This document shows positions 19,816 to 30,002 of a DNA stretch of 64,000 nt, piece by piece. The DNA is taken from NCBI GenBank assembly GCA_963761305.1, contig CAVXGK010000001.1:1024001-1088000 (forward strand), given 5' to 3'. Below the pieces are notes generated by a model that ran no database searches, had not been told where the DNA came from, and saw only the letters and a program-made list of their open reading frames with translations. Position 1 is the stretch's first letter. Each line of letters starts with the position of its first letter. The DNA comes from an uncultured Gemmatimonadaceae bacterium. Its GTDB lineage: Bacteria > Gemmatimonadota > Gemmatimonadetes > Gemmatimonadales > Gemmatimonadaceae. A program made the position numbers and the translations under genes.

Positions 19816-20469
19816 ATGACCGAGTACAAGCCGACGCTGTTCGACCGCCAGGGACCCGACGCGACCCACTTCCTCGAGGCCTGGGGATACGGGGTGCTGA
19901 TTTTCGGGCTGGTGACCGGCGTCTTGATGGCTCGGATCGGGTTTCACTGGTGGGAGCCGCTGGTCGGCGCCGGCTTTGGAGCAATGGGCGGCGGAGCTGG
20001 CTGGTTCATCGGGAATGGATTCGGAGTCGCGTGGAAGGCCGTCGCCGTAGACGGGTCGAGCACGCCGTACGAACGACAGTTCTCATACGAGCAAGCGCTC
20101 GTGATGCAGGGACGCGTCGACGATGCGCTGACGTCGTTCGAGGCGGTGATCGCGGCCGAGCCGGCGCTGGTCGGCGCGCGCATCAAGGCGGCGGAGCTCT
20201 ACGTCAAGGAACGGGCGAACTACGTCCGCGCAGCCGAACTGTTCCGCGAGGTGTCGCGCCTGCCGTCGCTCACGAGCGGCGACGACGTCTACGTCACGAA
20301 TCGGCTCGTGGACCTCTACCTCGGGCCGCTGAACGATCCGGGCCGAGCGATGGTCGAGCTGGCCCGTCTCATCGACCGGCGGCCGGGATCGGCTGCCGCC
20401 GACCACGCCCGGCGGAGTCTTGCCGATCTCAAGTCGCGTCTGAAAGTTGAGTCGGGCAAGGAGACGTAA
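19816..20469 (+). CDS. Hypothetical membrane protein with TPR-like C-terminus
   Basis: Two N-terminal hydrophobic helices followed by helical TPR-like segments. Confidence 0.7.
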   Translation: MTEYKPTLFDRQGPDATHFLEAWGYGVLIFGLVTGVLMARIGFHWWEPLVGAGFGAMGGGAGWFIGNGFGVAWKAVAVDGSSTPYERQFSYEQALVMQGRVDDALTSFEAVIAAEPALVGARIKAAELYVKERANYVRAAELFREVSRLPSLTSGDDVYVTNRLVDLYLGPLNDPGRAMVELARLIDRRPGSAAADHARRSLADLKSRLKVESGKET

Positions 20470-21494
20470 TGCACAGAATTCGAATCGCGATCGGAGCCGC
20501 GACGGTTGTCGGGTTTCTCGCCGCGTGCGCGGCGGTGGCCCAGACGCCGGGACGCGTCGTGCGAGGCACGGTGCGCGATTCGTCGTCGGGACAGCTCTTG
20601 AGCGGAGCAATCGTCGAGTTGGTCGGAGCCGCGACGCGCGCGACGACGCGCAGCGACCAGCAGGGCGAGTTCCAGTTTGCGCGTCTGCAGGGTGGCCAAT
20701 ACCGTCTGACGGTGCGCCAGATCGGCTTCGTCGAGACGAGCCGCGATCTCGACGTTTCGACGCGAGACGCCTCGGTCTCGATCTCGCTGAACCCGACGTC
20801 GCAAAGACTCGACACGGTGCGAGTGCGGGCGCACGTCACCGCGGTGTACGGTGTCGTCGGTGCGACAGCCGGGCTGCGCCTCATTCCTGACGCGACCGTT
20901 CAGATCATCGGCGCGCAGCAGAAAGCGACCACCGACACTGCGGGACGATTCTTCGTTGCGCTCAAGAAGGGCGGTTCCTACTTCGTGCGCGTTCGCCACG
21001 CGGGGTTCGCCGATCAATTCATCCCGGTCGAGGTGCCGAACGATCACGCCGTCGAAACGTTCGTCTTGCTCGACTCCGGCACGGTCGCCACCGGCGCCGA
21101 CGCGCTATGGGACGAGTTCGACGAGCGGCTGCGCTGGGAAGGACAGCACGGTGCGCTCGTTCCCGGCGAGCAAATCACGCGATGGGGCGGCTCGGCGTCC
21201 GACGCGATCCGGGGCTCGCAGGCGTTCGTAAGAAAGGGACTTCAGCTGACTTCAAACGTCTGCTTGTTCGTGAATGGCGTGCCAAAGCCGGGCTGGCCGT
21301 TGGACGCCATTCCGCCCGAGCAGATCGCGACGGTCGAGCTCTACACTGCAACCGGTGACGAAACGAACACGCTCTTTTCGAGATGGCCCCCACACGCGCA
21401 GTGCGGCATCAGCTCTGGGGGCGCGTCCTCGCCGCTCAGCCCGTTCGAGCGGAAATCAGTCATCCGATACGCCGTGATCTGGCTGAAGCAGTAG
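20469..21494 (+). CDS. Secreted protein with two carboxypeptidase-regulatory-like domains and a plug-like C-terminus
   Basis: VRGTVRDS.SG..L.GA.V and TD.AGRF repeats; C-terminal CLFVNG...IPPEQIATVELY; ATG overlaps the upstream stop. Confidence 0.75.
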   Translation: MHRIRIAIGAATVVGFLAACAAVAQTPGRVVRGTVRDSSSGQLLSGAIVELVGAATRATTRSDQQGEFQFARLQGGQYRLTVRQIGFVETSRDLDVSTRDASVSISLNPTSQRLDTVRVRAHVTAVYGVVGATAGLRLIPDATVQIIGAQQKATTDTAGRFFVALKKGGSYFVRVRHAGFADQFIPVEVPNDHAVETFVLLDSGTVATGADALWDEFDERLRWEGQHGALVPGEQITRWGGSASDAIRGSQAFVRKGLQLTSNVCLFVNGVPKPGWPLDAIPPEQIATVELYTATGDETNTLFSRWPPHAQCGISSGGASSPLSPFERKSVIRYAVIWLKQ

Positions 21495-21519
21495 AGCGCC
21501 TCAGCCTCCGCCCGACGAG

Positions 21520-22662
21520 CTATTTGCCGATCAAGAGAATCGTGAACGACCCCGGGATCGCCGGGGCCTGACCTCCCCGCCCGCCGCCCGGCGGAGGCGG
21601 CGGAGCCGCTCCGCGCTCGACGCTCATCGTCAGGATGTGATTCGTCTTGGAGTCGAACGCGATCGTCCGTGCGCCGAGCATCGTCGGCAGGTTCTCTTCG
21701 ACCACGAAGTCCGTCGGCGAATTCTCCTTCACGACGGTGAGCGTGCCGTTGCCGTTGGTGCTGAACGCCTCCATCGTCGCCGAGTTGAACGTCGCGCCGT
21801 CGGAGCCGCCGGCAAGCGGCAGCGTCGCGAGAATCTTGCCGTCCGTCGCGCTCATCACGACGAACTTGGGTGCGGCCGGCTGCGCCGGCGGATTCCCCGA
21901 CGACGCGCACGCGGCGAACAGCACGTGGTTCTTGGCGTCCAAGGCGAGACCATTGCAGCTGCCGATGTCCGGGAACGGGTAGAACGCCGTCTTCTTCATC
22001 GTCTTGACGTCCACGACGGTGACGCCGCCTGCCGGCCGCTCCTGCATCACGACATACATCGTCCCCTTCCCGTCCGCCACGGCCTGTTCAGGCGTGCCGC
22101 CGAGGTCGATTCGACCGAGTACGGTGCCGTCCTTGGAGTCGATGACGGTGGCGTCCTTCGTCGGATGGCTGAAGATGTAGACGCGATCGTTGAACGAGTC
22201 GAAGAGGATGCCGTCGGGGCCGACGCCGGAGTCGATCGGGATGCTCTTGAGCACCGCCAACGATTTCGTGTCGAACATCGTGATTTGCGGCCGGCTGCTC
22301 GAGAAGCCGTGTCCCGATTTCGGATCGACCGCGACGCCTTGCCCCTGCGTGTTCGGCGCCGTCGGGATCTCGCCGACCAGCGTCAGCCGATCGAGGTCGA
22401 ATACGCTGATGCGCGCCACGACCGCGGGACGCTCGGGGCTCGAGTCGGTCGCCGGCACCGCGCGCACGGCACCGCGTGGGATGTAGAGACGGCGCCCCAC
22501 CGCGTCGGCGAAGATGTAGTCGGTGCCGCCTTCACCGCCGACCCGCGCCCTCGTGAGCACCTTGTACGGACCGTCGGTCGACGGCGCTTGCGCCGTAGCG
22601 GAGGCGACGGCGCAAATCGCGAGCGGCGCGGCGATCGCGAAGGCGAATACGACGTGTTTCAT
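21520..22662 (-). CDS. YncE-like beta-propeller secreted protein
   Basis: Signal peptide; GGEGG.DY, RRLY, PDGILFD, GTPEQAVADG.G, GARTIAFD. Confidence 0.82.
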   Translation of the reverse strand: MKHVVFAFAIAAPLAICAVASATAQAPSTDGPYKVLTRARVGGEGGTDYIFADAVGRRLYIPRGAVRAVPATDSSPERPAVVARISVFDLDRLTLVGEIPTAPNTQGQGVAVDPKSGHGFSSSRPQITMFDTKSLAVLKSIPIDSGVGPDGILFDSFNDRVYIFSHPTKDATVIDSKDGTVLGRIDLGGTPEQAVADGKGTMYVVMQERPAGGVTVVDVKTMKKTAFYPFPDIGSCNGLALDAKNHVLFAACASSGNPPAQPAAPKFVVMSATDGKILATLPLAGGSDGATFNSATMEAFSTNGNGTLTVVKENSPTDFVVEENLPTMLGARTIAFDSKTNHILTMSVERGAAPPPPPGGGRGGQAPAIPGSFTILLIGK

Positions 22663-22786
22663 CGGCGAATTCCCGGACGGGGAGGCAGAAGCGCGAGCGC
22701 AGGCATCCGGGCACGGTGCGGCGGCGGCGCCCCGCTGTCAAGCACGCGCGGTGGCGCCGGACAGATTGTCAGGTGGAGGACAGCCG

Positions 22787-23668
22787 CTAACCGACGCTGC
22801 GTCGCACCAGTTCGTAGTACTCGCGATCCGCGCCGACGTCACGACGCACAGATACGACGCGATAGTCGTTCGCCAGCGCCCACTGAAAGTGCTCGCGCAC
22901 CGCGAGGCGCCATCGCCGCGCCGTCGCCGGCGACAGTCGAGTCAACCCAAGAATGTCCGAGGGGACTTCGATCAACACCGCGTCCGGGTGGCGATCGCCG
23001 GGCGCAATCACGTCATCGCCCTCGCGCGGGAACGGGGAGAGGAGCGGCAGCGCGCCGTCGCCGGCCGGATGTCGCTCGACGCCGATCGGAGACGTGGGCG
23101 TGGTTACGACGAGACGATCCGTCGGCAGACCGAGGTGCAGCGGGCTCGCGGTCGTGCCGTACATGTCGGGGACGTACTCCACCACTGACGCGCCGAGCCG
23201 GTCGAAGTTGAAGTACGCGTTCTTGGCCATGAGTGGGTCGAACGACCACGAGAGGCGTCGAATCCCGAGCTTGGCCAGGGCGGACCGCTGGTACTCCTTG
23301 AGCATCCGCCCCAGCCCGAGGTTCCGAGCCGACTCGCGCACGGCGAGCATGTGCGACCAATGCGCGAGCTCACCATCGCGGACGCCGCTCACGCCGAACA
23401 CGAATCCGACGAGCGTGCCGGAGGCGTCGAACGCGCCCGCCGCGAGTCCGCCGACGTGGTCGACCACGTGCAGCAGCGTGGCCGGCACGACGTCGGCCTC
23501 GCCGAACCCCCACACCTGGCGCTGCAACTCGACGCAGTCGGCACACTCCGACATCGTGCGCAGCGGACGGATGTCGACGACCGGGCGTGCCGTCGCGTTG
23601 AGCGACGACGTCTCCGCCCCGGTGGACGATCCGGCGACGGGCACCGACAACGGCGATGAGCGGGTCAT
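22787..23668 (-). CDS. GNAT acyltransferase, COG3375 type (candidate D-amino-acid N-succinyltransferase)
   Basis: LQRQVWG, HWSHMLAV...RNLGLG..LK..Q, WSFDPL..KNA.FN..LGA....Y.PDMYG, TDRL; ATGA overlap with the S9 stop. Confidence 0.88.
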   Translation of the reverse strand: MTRSSPLSVPVAGSSTGAETSSLNATARPVVDIRPLRTMSECADCVELQRQVWGFGEADVVPATLLHVVDHVGGLAAGAFDASGTLVGFVFGVSGVRDGELAHWSHMLAVRESARNLGLGRMLKEYQRSALAKLGIRRLSWSFDPLMAKNAYFNFDRLGASVVEYVPDMYGTTASPLHLGLPTDRLVVTTPTSPIGVERHPAGDGALPLLSPFPREGDDVIAPGDRHPDAVLIEVPSDILGLTRLSPATARRWRLAVREHFQWALANDYRVVSVRRDVGADREYYELVRRSVG

Positions 23669-25920
23669 TGACTGCTCACCGCTTCGTTGCGAAGGAAGCG
23701 GCGGAAGAACGTGTCCATGCGGCCGAAGACGTAGAGCCAGCGGCTGTGCACGAGCGTCTCGTGCGTGTCGTCCGGATTCACGATCAGCTCGTAGTACACG
23801 TTGCGCGCGCGCAGCAGGTCGACGAGACCGATCGTCTGCGAGAACTCGACGTTGCGGTCGTCGTCGTTGTGCCAGATGAGCACGGGCGACTTCCATGAAT
23901 CGATCGCCGCGATCGTCGACGACTTGAACGACACGTCGGCCGTGTCGAGCGAGTTGCCCCACAGGTGCACGCCGGCCATGTCGACGCCCGCCGCGAACAC
24001 GTCGGAGTTGCGCGCCAGCGCTTGCGACGTGAGCACGCCGCCGTACGAGAGGCCCCAGATCCCGACGTGCGAGGCGTCAACGTCGGCCCGCGTCTGCAAG
24101 TATTTTCCCGCCGCGATCACGTCGCGATACTCGGCGTTGCCGCGGCCGCCAACATTCGGCGCGGTGCGGAACGACTTCCCGTAGCCGATACCGGACCGGT
24201 AGTTCACCGACATCACGACGTAGCCCTGGCTCGCCAGCCACTCGTTCACCGCGTACGCCGTGGCGTAGAAATCCATGTAGTGGTAGCCCAGCAGCATCTG
24301 ACGGACCGGACCGCCGTGCACGAAGATGATCGCCGGCCGCTTCTCACCCGGTTTGAGATCCTTCGGCAGGAAAAGCTGGTTGTGGAACTCGAAACCGTCG
24401 TCGGCCTTGAGCACGACGGCCGTCGGCGCGACTTGCGCCGCCGTCGGGAACTCGGCGGGCAGCGTCGGGAAGATCACGCGGCGTGGGCTCGTGCCGCTCG
24501 AAGTACCGACGTCGGTCGACACGATGCCGACTCCCAGCGGCCTTGTGCCGGCCGACGTCAGTACCGCGACCTGCTTGCCCGACGAGAGCGGCGCCGGATA
24601 CATCTCGATCTCGTCGCCGGTGGTGATCTGCACGGCCGGACCGCCCGCGGTCGGCACCTTCCATAGATGTCGGCGATCGATGTCGCCGGCGTTGGTCGCG
24701 TAAAAGAGCGTGCCGCCATCGCGCGACAGCGCGGTGGTCTCGACGGCGCCTTCGCCCGGCGTGAGCTCGACCGGCGTCGTCGTGTTCCCGTCGACGGCGA
24801 CCGAGTACCAGCGGATCCACTCTTCCGGCTCCTGCTGGAAGATGACGTGCGTGCCCGCCCAGGCGATGCCGGCGATGTTCGGGAATCCCTTGTCGTTCGG
24901 CTGGTTGTGCCAGAACTCGTGCGCTTCGCAGCCGCCGGCCGGCGTCGGACACCCGGCGATGTCGGCGACCATGAGAGAAATCGTATATCCACCCGTGAAC
25001 GCGGCGCGGTACATGCCGTCGGCGCGACCTTCTCCGCCGCCTGCACCACCGGCACCGCGACCGCCGCGCCCGGCACCGCGTCCGCCGCGACCCGCTGCGC
25101 CGGGACCGCCCGGGTTGCCGAGGCTTCCGTCGCCTATTTGCGCCTGCTGACCGAACGGCAGACCCGGGCGTCGCACGAAGGCGAGGCGCTTGCCGTCCGC
25201 CGACCACGTCGGGCTCGCATCGATGTCGACGCTCGGCGCGACGTAGTGGAGCTTGCGACTCCGCACGTCGTACACGCCGATGAGGGCGTGATTGTCGCGC
25301 GCGCTGACGAACGCGAGCTTGGATCCGTCGGGCGACCAGCGGGGGTTCGCGTTGCGCCCCCATTCCTTTATATAGGGCTGCTGGTCTTTCTCGGCCGGCG
25401 CCGTGGTGCGCGGAACGACCTGATACCTATATATCTCGCCGTCGCGCGAGAACACGACCGCGTGACCATCCGGCGAGAGCGCGGGACCCGCGCCGGAGCC
25501 CAACCGCCACGTGCCGCTTCCGTTCGTGTACGCCGCCCAGATCGCGCGATCCGGTCCTTGCGGGTCGCTGCTCGGATTGGCGAGCCAGCCGACGCGATTC
25601 GGTTCGCTGCCGCGCACGAAGGTGACGAGCGATCCGTCGTCAGAAATCTCAAGCTCGGAGAGAATGACGCCGTCGTCGTCGGTGAATTTGGTGAGACGCA
25701 CCGGCTTGAAGTCCGGCGCCGCGGCCGTGTAGATGTTGCGGAGTCCCTTCTCGTACGAGATCCAGGCGATGCGGTCGGCCTTCTTCGCCGATACGAGCTC
25801 GGACGGATACGCGGGCGACAGAAACTGCCCGATCGTCGGCTTGGCTTGCGCGCCGAGCGAAACCAGCGGCGCGACGACGAGTGTCGTCGCGAACCAAGCG
25901 CGAATGTGGGACCGCCGCAT
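23665..25920 (-). CDS. S9 family prolyl oligopeptidase/dipeptidyl peptidase
   Basis: Signal peptide; PD40 repeats; HGGP, GIWGLSYGG nucleophile, DDRNV, H. Confidence 0.93.
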   Translation of the reverse strand: MRRSHIRAWFATTLVVAPLVSLGAQAKPTIGQFLSPAYPSELVSAKKADRIAWISYEKGLRNIYTAAAPDFKPVRLTKFTDDDGVILSELEISDDGSLVTFVRGSEPNRVGWLANPSSDPQGPDRAIWAAYTNGSGTWRLGSGAGPALSPDGHAVVFSRDGEIYRYQVVPRTTAPAEKDQQPYIKEWGRNANPRWSPDGSKLAFVSARDNHALIGVYDVRSRKLHYVAPSVDIDASPTWSADGKRLAFVRRPGLPFGQQAQIGDGSLGNPGGPGAAGRGGRGAGRGGRGAGGAGGGEGRADGMYRAAFTGGYTISLMVADIAGCPTPAGGCEAHEFWHNQPNDKGFPNIAGIAWAGTHVIFQQEPEEWIRWYSVAVDGNTTTPVELTPGEGAVETTALSRDGGTLFYATNAGDIDRRHLWKVPTAGGPAVQITTGDEIEMYPAPLSSGKQVAVLTSAGTRPLGVGIVSTDVGTSSGTSPRRVIFPTLPAEFPTAAQVAPTAVVLKADDGFEFHNQLFLPKDLKPGEKRPAIIFVHGGPVRQMLLGYHYMDFYATAYAVNEWLASQGYVVMSVNYRSGIGYGKSFRTAPNVGGRGNAEYRDVIAAGKYLQTRADVDASHVGIWGLSYGGVLTSQALARNSDVFAAGVDMAGVHLWGNSLDTADVSFKSSTIAAIDSWKSPVLIWHNDDDRNVEFSQTIGLVDLLRARNVYYELIVNPDDTHETLVHSRWLYVFGRMDTFFRRFLRNEAVSSQ

Positions 25921-25933
25921 CTACCCTCCCCCG

Positions 25934-27124
25934 TTAGGGAACGCGAATCAACTCGTTCTGTAATGGAACGCCGCCCTTGACCGCGACGGGCGGTGTGTGT
26001 GCGCATTTGATGACGGCCTGACCGCTGTTCGCGGAGATGCCGCACCGGCCGACGACGTCGAAGTTCATCGCGTAGGGAATGCCCTCCGACGAAAGAAACG
26101 TCGGACCGTCTGCAATCTGAAAATGGACGTGCGGCTCCGTGGAGTTCCCGGAGTTGCCGAGCAGCGCGATGACCTGCCCGCGCTTGACGTGGTCGCCGAC
26201 CTTCACGCGCAGCGATCCGGGCTGGAGGTGCGCGTACAACGCGTAGCGCCCATTCCCGATGTCGATCGCCACGTAATTTCCGCCGACGGTGACCATCGTG
26301 ATCGGCACGGCACGCGAGTTGGCGCCCGGTACGTTCTGCGGAATGCTGTCCTTGGTCGCGGCGATCACGCCGTCGGCCACGGCCATCAACTGCGTGCCGT
26401 AGGCGTAGTAATTCTCGTTCTTGGCCGGATCGCCGTGGTGCGAACTTCCCGTCGAATCGAGTTGCAGGAAGTCGATCGCGAAGCGCTGGCCGATCGCCGT
26501 GTGTCCGTCGAGGCCGAGCACGAGCCGCCGGTGGCCCGACGAGTTCGACGGTCCGTTGAACGCCGCCCACTCACCGTGAAACGGCGCCGAGATCTGCGCC
26601 AGCCCGGTGAAAACGGGAATCGTGGTGCCCTCGAGGACAACGTCACTCGAATCGGCGCCGACTCGACGCAGGGTGAGCCGGTGGCTCAGCGTCTCCGGCG
26701 GACGATTCGCATGGACGGGCATCCATATGTAGACGTACGCGCGAACGCCGGCCGGGAGCTGCAAGCGCTCCGACGTCGGCAGGCATTCGACGGCCGGCCG
26801 GTCTGTTTGCTCCTTGCGACACGTCGGCGGTGCGACGCGCCCGAACGCCGGCACGAGCGCGCTGTCGGCGATGCTGAACATGACTGCGTGACTGCTCGCG
26901 TCGAGAACGTCCACGCGACGCAAGTACATCGCCGTCGGCGTGAGATTCGTGACGTGCAGCTCGTACGACAGGAACGCGCCCGAGTCGCTCATCGCGACCG
27001 TCGGCGGCTTGGGCACGCTGAACTCGATCGACGGCGGGATCTGCGTCTGTGCCGCGGCGAGTGCCGGCGCGACGGCGCCGGCGACGACGAGCACCAACGC
27101 CGAACCGAGCCCGGCTCGGCTCAC
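25934..27124 (-). CDS. M23 family metallopeptidase, secreted
   Basis: QRFAID, AVADG, GNYV.I, YAHLQ.GS..VK.GD.VKRGQ, GNSGNS..PHVHF; GTGA overlap. Confidence 0.88.
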   Translation of the reverse strand: MSRAGLGSALVLVVAGAVAPALAAAQTQIPPSIEFSVPKPPTVAMSDSGAFLSYELHVTNLTPTAMYLRRVDVLDASSHAVMFSIADSALVPAFGRVAPPTCRKEQTDRPAVECLPTSERLQLPAGVRAYVYIWMPVHANRPPETLSHRLTLRRVGADSSDVVLEGTTIPVFTGLAQISAPFHGEWAAFNGPSNSSGHRRLVLGLDGHTAIGQRFAIDFLQLDSTGSSHHGDPAKNENYYAYGTQLMAVADGVIAATKDSIPQNVPGANSRAVPITMVTVGGNYVAIDIGNGRYALYAHLQPGSLRVKVGDHVKRGQVIALLGNSGNSTEPHVHFQIADGPTFLSSEGIPYAMNFDVVGRCGISANSGQAVIKCAHTPPVAVKGGVPLQNELIRVP

Positions 27125-28725
27125 GGTGTGCCGCCTCGACCGCCACGCCCTGCTCCGCCCCGACCGGCGCTCTTGCGATTGAGCAACGTCACGTCGCCGC
27201 CGATGCCGAACCACAGGCCGGTGACCGTGTTGTCGGGCGCAATCTCGAACTTGATGTTGATCTGTCCCGCCGGTGAGCCGGGCGGCAGCAGCCAGCGGAA
27301 GTTGTTGGCGTTCCAGAATTGAAGCGGCCCGTGCCACTCGCCTCGCGTCAGCTCGAGCTGGCCTTCGATGAGCGACACCGTCGCGTCACCGTACAAGCTG
27401 TCCGTGTACGTGCCGACGAACGCGTTGATCGGGAGCGGCGGCTTGGCGTCCTTGGGATGCTCGGTGGCCTGGGCGGCCGCGACCGAATCGGCGCGTTTCC
27501 GCTGCACGGCGTAGCGCGCGTACGATTCGGCGCTGAGATCCTTGTTCGGCAAGCCGAGCGCGCGGTCGAAGATGTAGTGCATGACGATCGCCGGCAGTTG
27601 CGCGCTTTGCATGTTGCTCAACACCGCGACGCCGACGTGCTGCTCCGGCAGCATCCCGACCGCGGCCGTCATGCCGGTTGTGTTCCCGCCGTGCTGCCAC
27701 ATGAGCTGCCCGTGATAGTCCTCGACGAACCAACCCATGCCGTACGAGCTGAAGTGCGTCACCGGAATCGTGTCGCGCGCGGCCGCGGGATCGCCGCCTC
27801 CACCACGCCCGGCCGGCGGAGCGCCAGACACGGCGAGGATTTGCGGTGAGTGTATCTCACGAAGCGCCGTGGAATTGACGAGACGCTTTCCGTTGACGAC
27901 GCCGTCGTTCAACTGAAAGCGCAGCCACTGCGCCATGTCTTTCGCATTGGAGAGAATCGCGCCAGCCGGTCCGATGTTGTCGCCGTCGAACATCGGTTCG
28001 ACGAGCGCCGTGTCGTGATCCAGCGTGTGCGGCCGGGCCACGTTCGTCGTGGCGAGGCCCTTCGACGTCGTGACCGACGACGTCATGCCGAGCGGACCGA
28101 AGATGCGCTGCGGGATGAGCGCGTCCCACGTACTGCCGGCCGCCTTTCCGGCCGCTTGGCCGGCCGCCAGGAACATCATGTTCTGATACGAATACTTGGA
28201 TCGGAACGGCGACTCCGGCTTCAGGAACCGGATCCGGTGCAGAATCTCGTCGCGATTGAAGCCCGAGCCGAGCCAGACCAGCTCACCACGCGCGATGCCG
28301 CTGCGATGCGTGAGCGCGTCGCGAAGCGTCACCTCGGCGTTCGCCTCCGGGTCGTACAGCCTGAAGCCCGGCAAGTAGTCGGCGAGATGGGTGTCCCAAT
28401 TCATCTTGCCGTCGGTGACCATCATCGCGACCAGCGTCGCGGTGAACGCCTTGGAGCTCGACCCGATCTCGAACAGCGTCTGGTCGTTCACCGGCGTGTG
28501 GTTCTGGGCCGACAGCGTGCCGAATCCCTTGGTGTAGATGACGGTGTCGTTGCGCACGATCGCCACGCTCATCCCCGGGATCTTCCAGGTCTGCACGGCT
28601 TTCGCGATGTACGCGTCGAGTCCCGCGTACGGCTCCTGTGCTCGGGCGAACGACGCCGCCCCGAGCGTGACGAACGCCGCGGCGAGAGTCGCTCTCGCCG
28701 GGCGCATGGATGGAAACGTGGTCAC
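27121..28725 (-). CDS. Beta-lactamase-fold serine hydrolase (S12/AmpC-like) with DUF3471 domain
   Basis: FEIGSSSK (SxxK), LTHRSG, YQN (YxN), HGG; GTGA overlap with the susD stop (alternative ATG at 28707). Confidence 0.92.
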   Translation of the reverse strand: MTTFPSMRPARATLAAAFVTLGAASFARAQEPYAGLDAYIAKAVQTWKIPGMSVAIVRNDTVIYTKGFGTLSAQNHTPVNDQTLFEIGSSSKAFTATLVAMMVTDGKMNWDTHLADYLPGFRLYDPEANAEVTLRDALTHRSGIARGELVWLGSGFNRDEILHRIRFLKPESPFRSKYSYQNMMFLAAGQAAGKAAGSTWDALIPQRIFGPLGMTSSVTTSKGLATTNVARPHTLDHDTALVEPMFDGDNIGPAGAILSNAKDMAQWLRFQLNDGVVNGKRLVNSTALREIHSPQILAVSGAPPAGRGGGGDPAAARDTIPVTHFSSYGMGWFVEDYHGQLMWQHGGNTTGMTAAVGMLPEQHVGVAVLSNMQSAQLPAIVMHYIFDRALGLPNKDLSAESYARYAVQRKRADSVAAAQATEHPKDAKPPLPINAFVGTYTDSLYGDATVSLIEGQLELTRGEWHGPLQFWNANNFRWLLPPGSPAGQINIKFEIAPDNTVTGLWFGIGGDVTLLNRKSAGRGGAGRGGRGGTP

Positions 28726-29999
28726 GGGGTTTTCGAGATGTTCGGGTTGTTGATACGCTCGACGTCGGGAAGCGGGAAGCAGGTCTCCGTTCCATACGTC
28801 GCGCCACCGGGATACGCCGTACCGGTGGCCGGGGTGAACGCCAGGTTGTATCGCCGCAGATCGCCGAGGCGATATCCCTCGAGGAAGAGCTCGCGTCGGC
28901 GCTCTTCGATGATTTGGGTCTTGAGCGTCGCGGCCGTCTGACCAGTTCCGTCGAACGCGGGAAGCCCGGTGTGCGTCGCGCGCGCCGCGTTGATCGCCGC
29001 CACCGATCCCGTGAGATCGTTCGCCGCCGCCTTTGCCTCGGCGACGATCAACTGCGCTTCGGCGTAGCGCGCGATCGGCATGACCGTTGTCAACGCCGGA
29101 TACTTGTCGGGCGTGAAGATCGGCGAGCTCGGGGCCGTGCCGGTCTTGCCTGTGTTCGTGACGGCCACGCGAGGATCCGGAGCGCCATTCACCGTGAGGC
29201 CGCGGAAGCTCGCGTCGACGGTGGCGAAGTTGCTGTTGTTGATCGTGAAGAACGAAAAGTTCTCGCGACGGATGTTGATGCCGTCGGTGGACATGTTGAC
29301 GACGAATCCGGGTTGAATCGTCGCGGCGTCTGTTCCGGCCGCGGCGACATTGCCGAGGTCGAGTTGGGCGCGCGCCCGGCCGAGCGTGGCGAAACTGACG
29401 GTCGTCGGATCCGATGCGCTCGTCGCGGCGACGATCGCCGAGTCGAAACGGGACTTGGCTTCGGCGAAGACCTGCGCCGGCTGAAGCTCCGGGCCCAGGT
29501 TGATTGCGGCGGTGCACATGCCTTCGCCCATCAGCACGAGGCTGTAGCCGGCGTACGCATAAGACTGCCCGATCAGCTTCGTCCGGTTCACGCCGGTGGG
29601 CATCTGGGCATCGGTCCAGCCCTTCAGATACCCGATCGCGGTGTCAGCCGAGCGGCGCGCCACGGAGAGTGGTGTGTAGATCGCCGGCTGTTGGTTCGCG
29701 GCGCAGGTGCCGGTCCCGTAGGACGCGCCGGTCGTCAGTGTGCGGCGGTCGTAGTCGAAGTTGGCGGCGTTGGAGATGGCGTCGGCCAACTCGTCCGTCA
29801 GGATGCCGGAGCCGACGACGTACCGAGAGAAGGCGCATTCGAAATCGCTGATCGCGCCATTGACGACGAGCTGGGCGTTGAGGGGCGTGTAGACGGTCGC
29901 CGTCGACAACGCGCCGGGGTTGGACTGTGTGAGCGTGGTGAGATCGCTGCAGGCGGCGACCGCCACCAGCGTGATGCCGAAGGCCAGTGTTCGTCGCAT
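28722..29999 (-). CDS. RagB/SusD family lipoprotein
   Basis: Lipobox VAAC; DPR; RYAEAQLI.AEA; ERRRELFLEG.RLGDLRR; follows susC. Confidence 0.92.
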   Translation of the reverse strand: MRRTLAFGITLVAVAACSDLTTLTQSNPGALSTATVYTPLNAQLVVNGAISDFECAFSRYVVGSGILTDELADAISNAANFDYDRRTLTTGASYGTGTCAANQQPAIYTPLSVARRSADTAIGYLKGWTDAQMPTGVNRTKLIGQSYAYAGYSLVLMGEGMCTAAINLGPELQPAQVFAEAKSRFDSAIVAATSASDPTTVSFATLGRARAQLDLGNVAAAGTDAATIQPGFVVNMSTDGINIRRENFSFFTINNSNFATVDASFRGLTVNGAPDPRVAVTNTGKTGTAPSSPIFTPDKYPALTTVMPIARYAEAQLIVAEAKAAANDLTGSVAAINAARATHTGLPAFDGTGQTAATLKTQIIEERRRELFLEGYRLGDLRRYNLAFTPATGTAYPGGATYGTETCFPLPDVERINNPNISKTP

Positions 30000-30002
30000 G
30001 GG

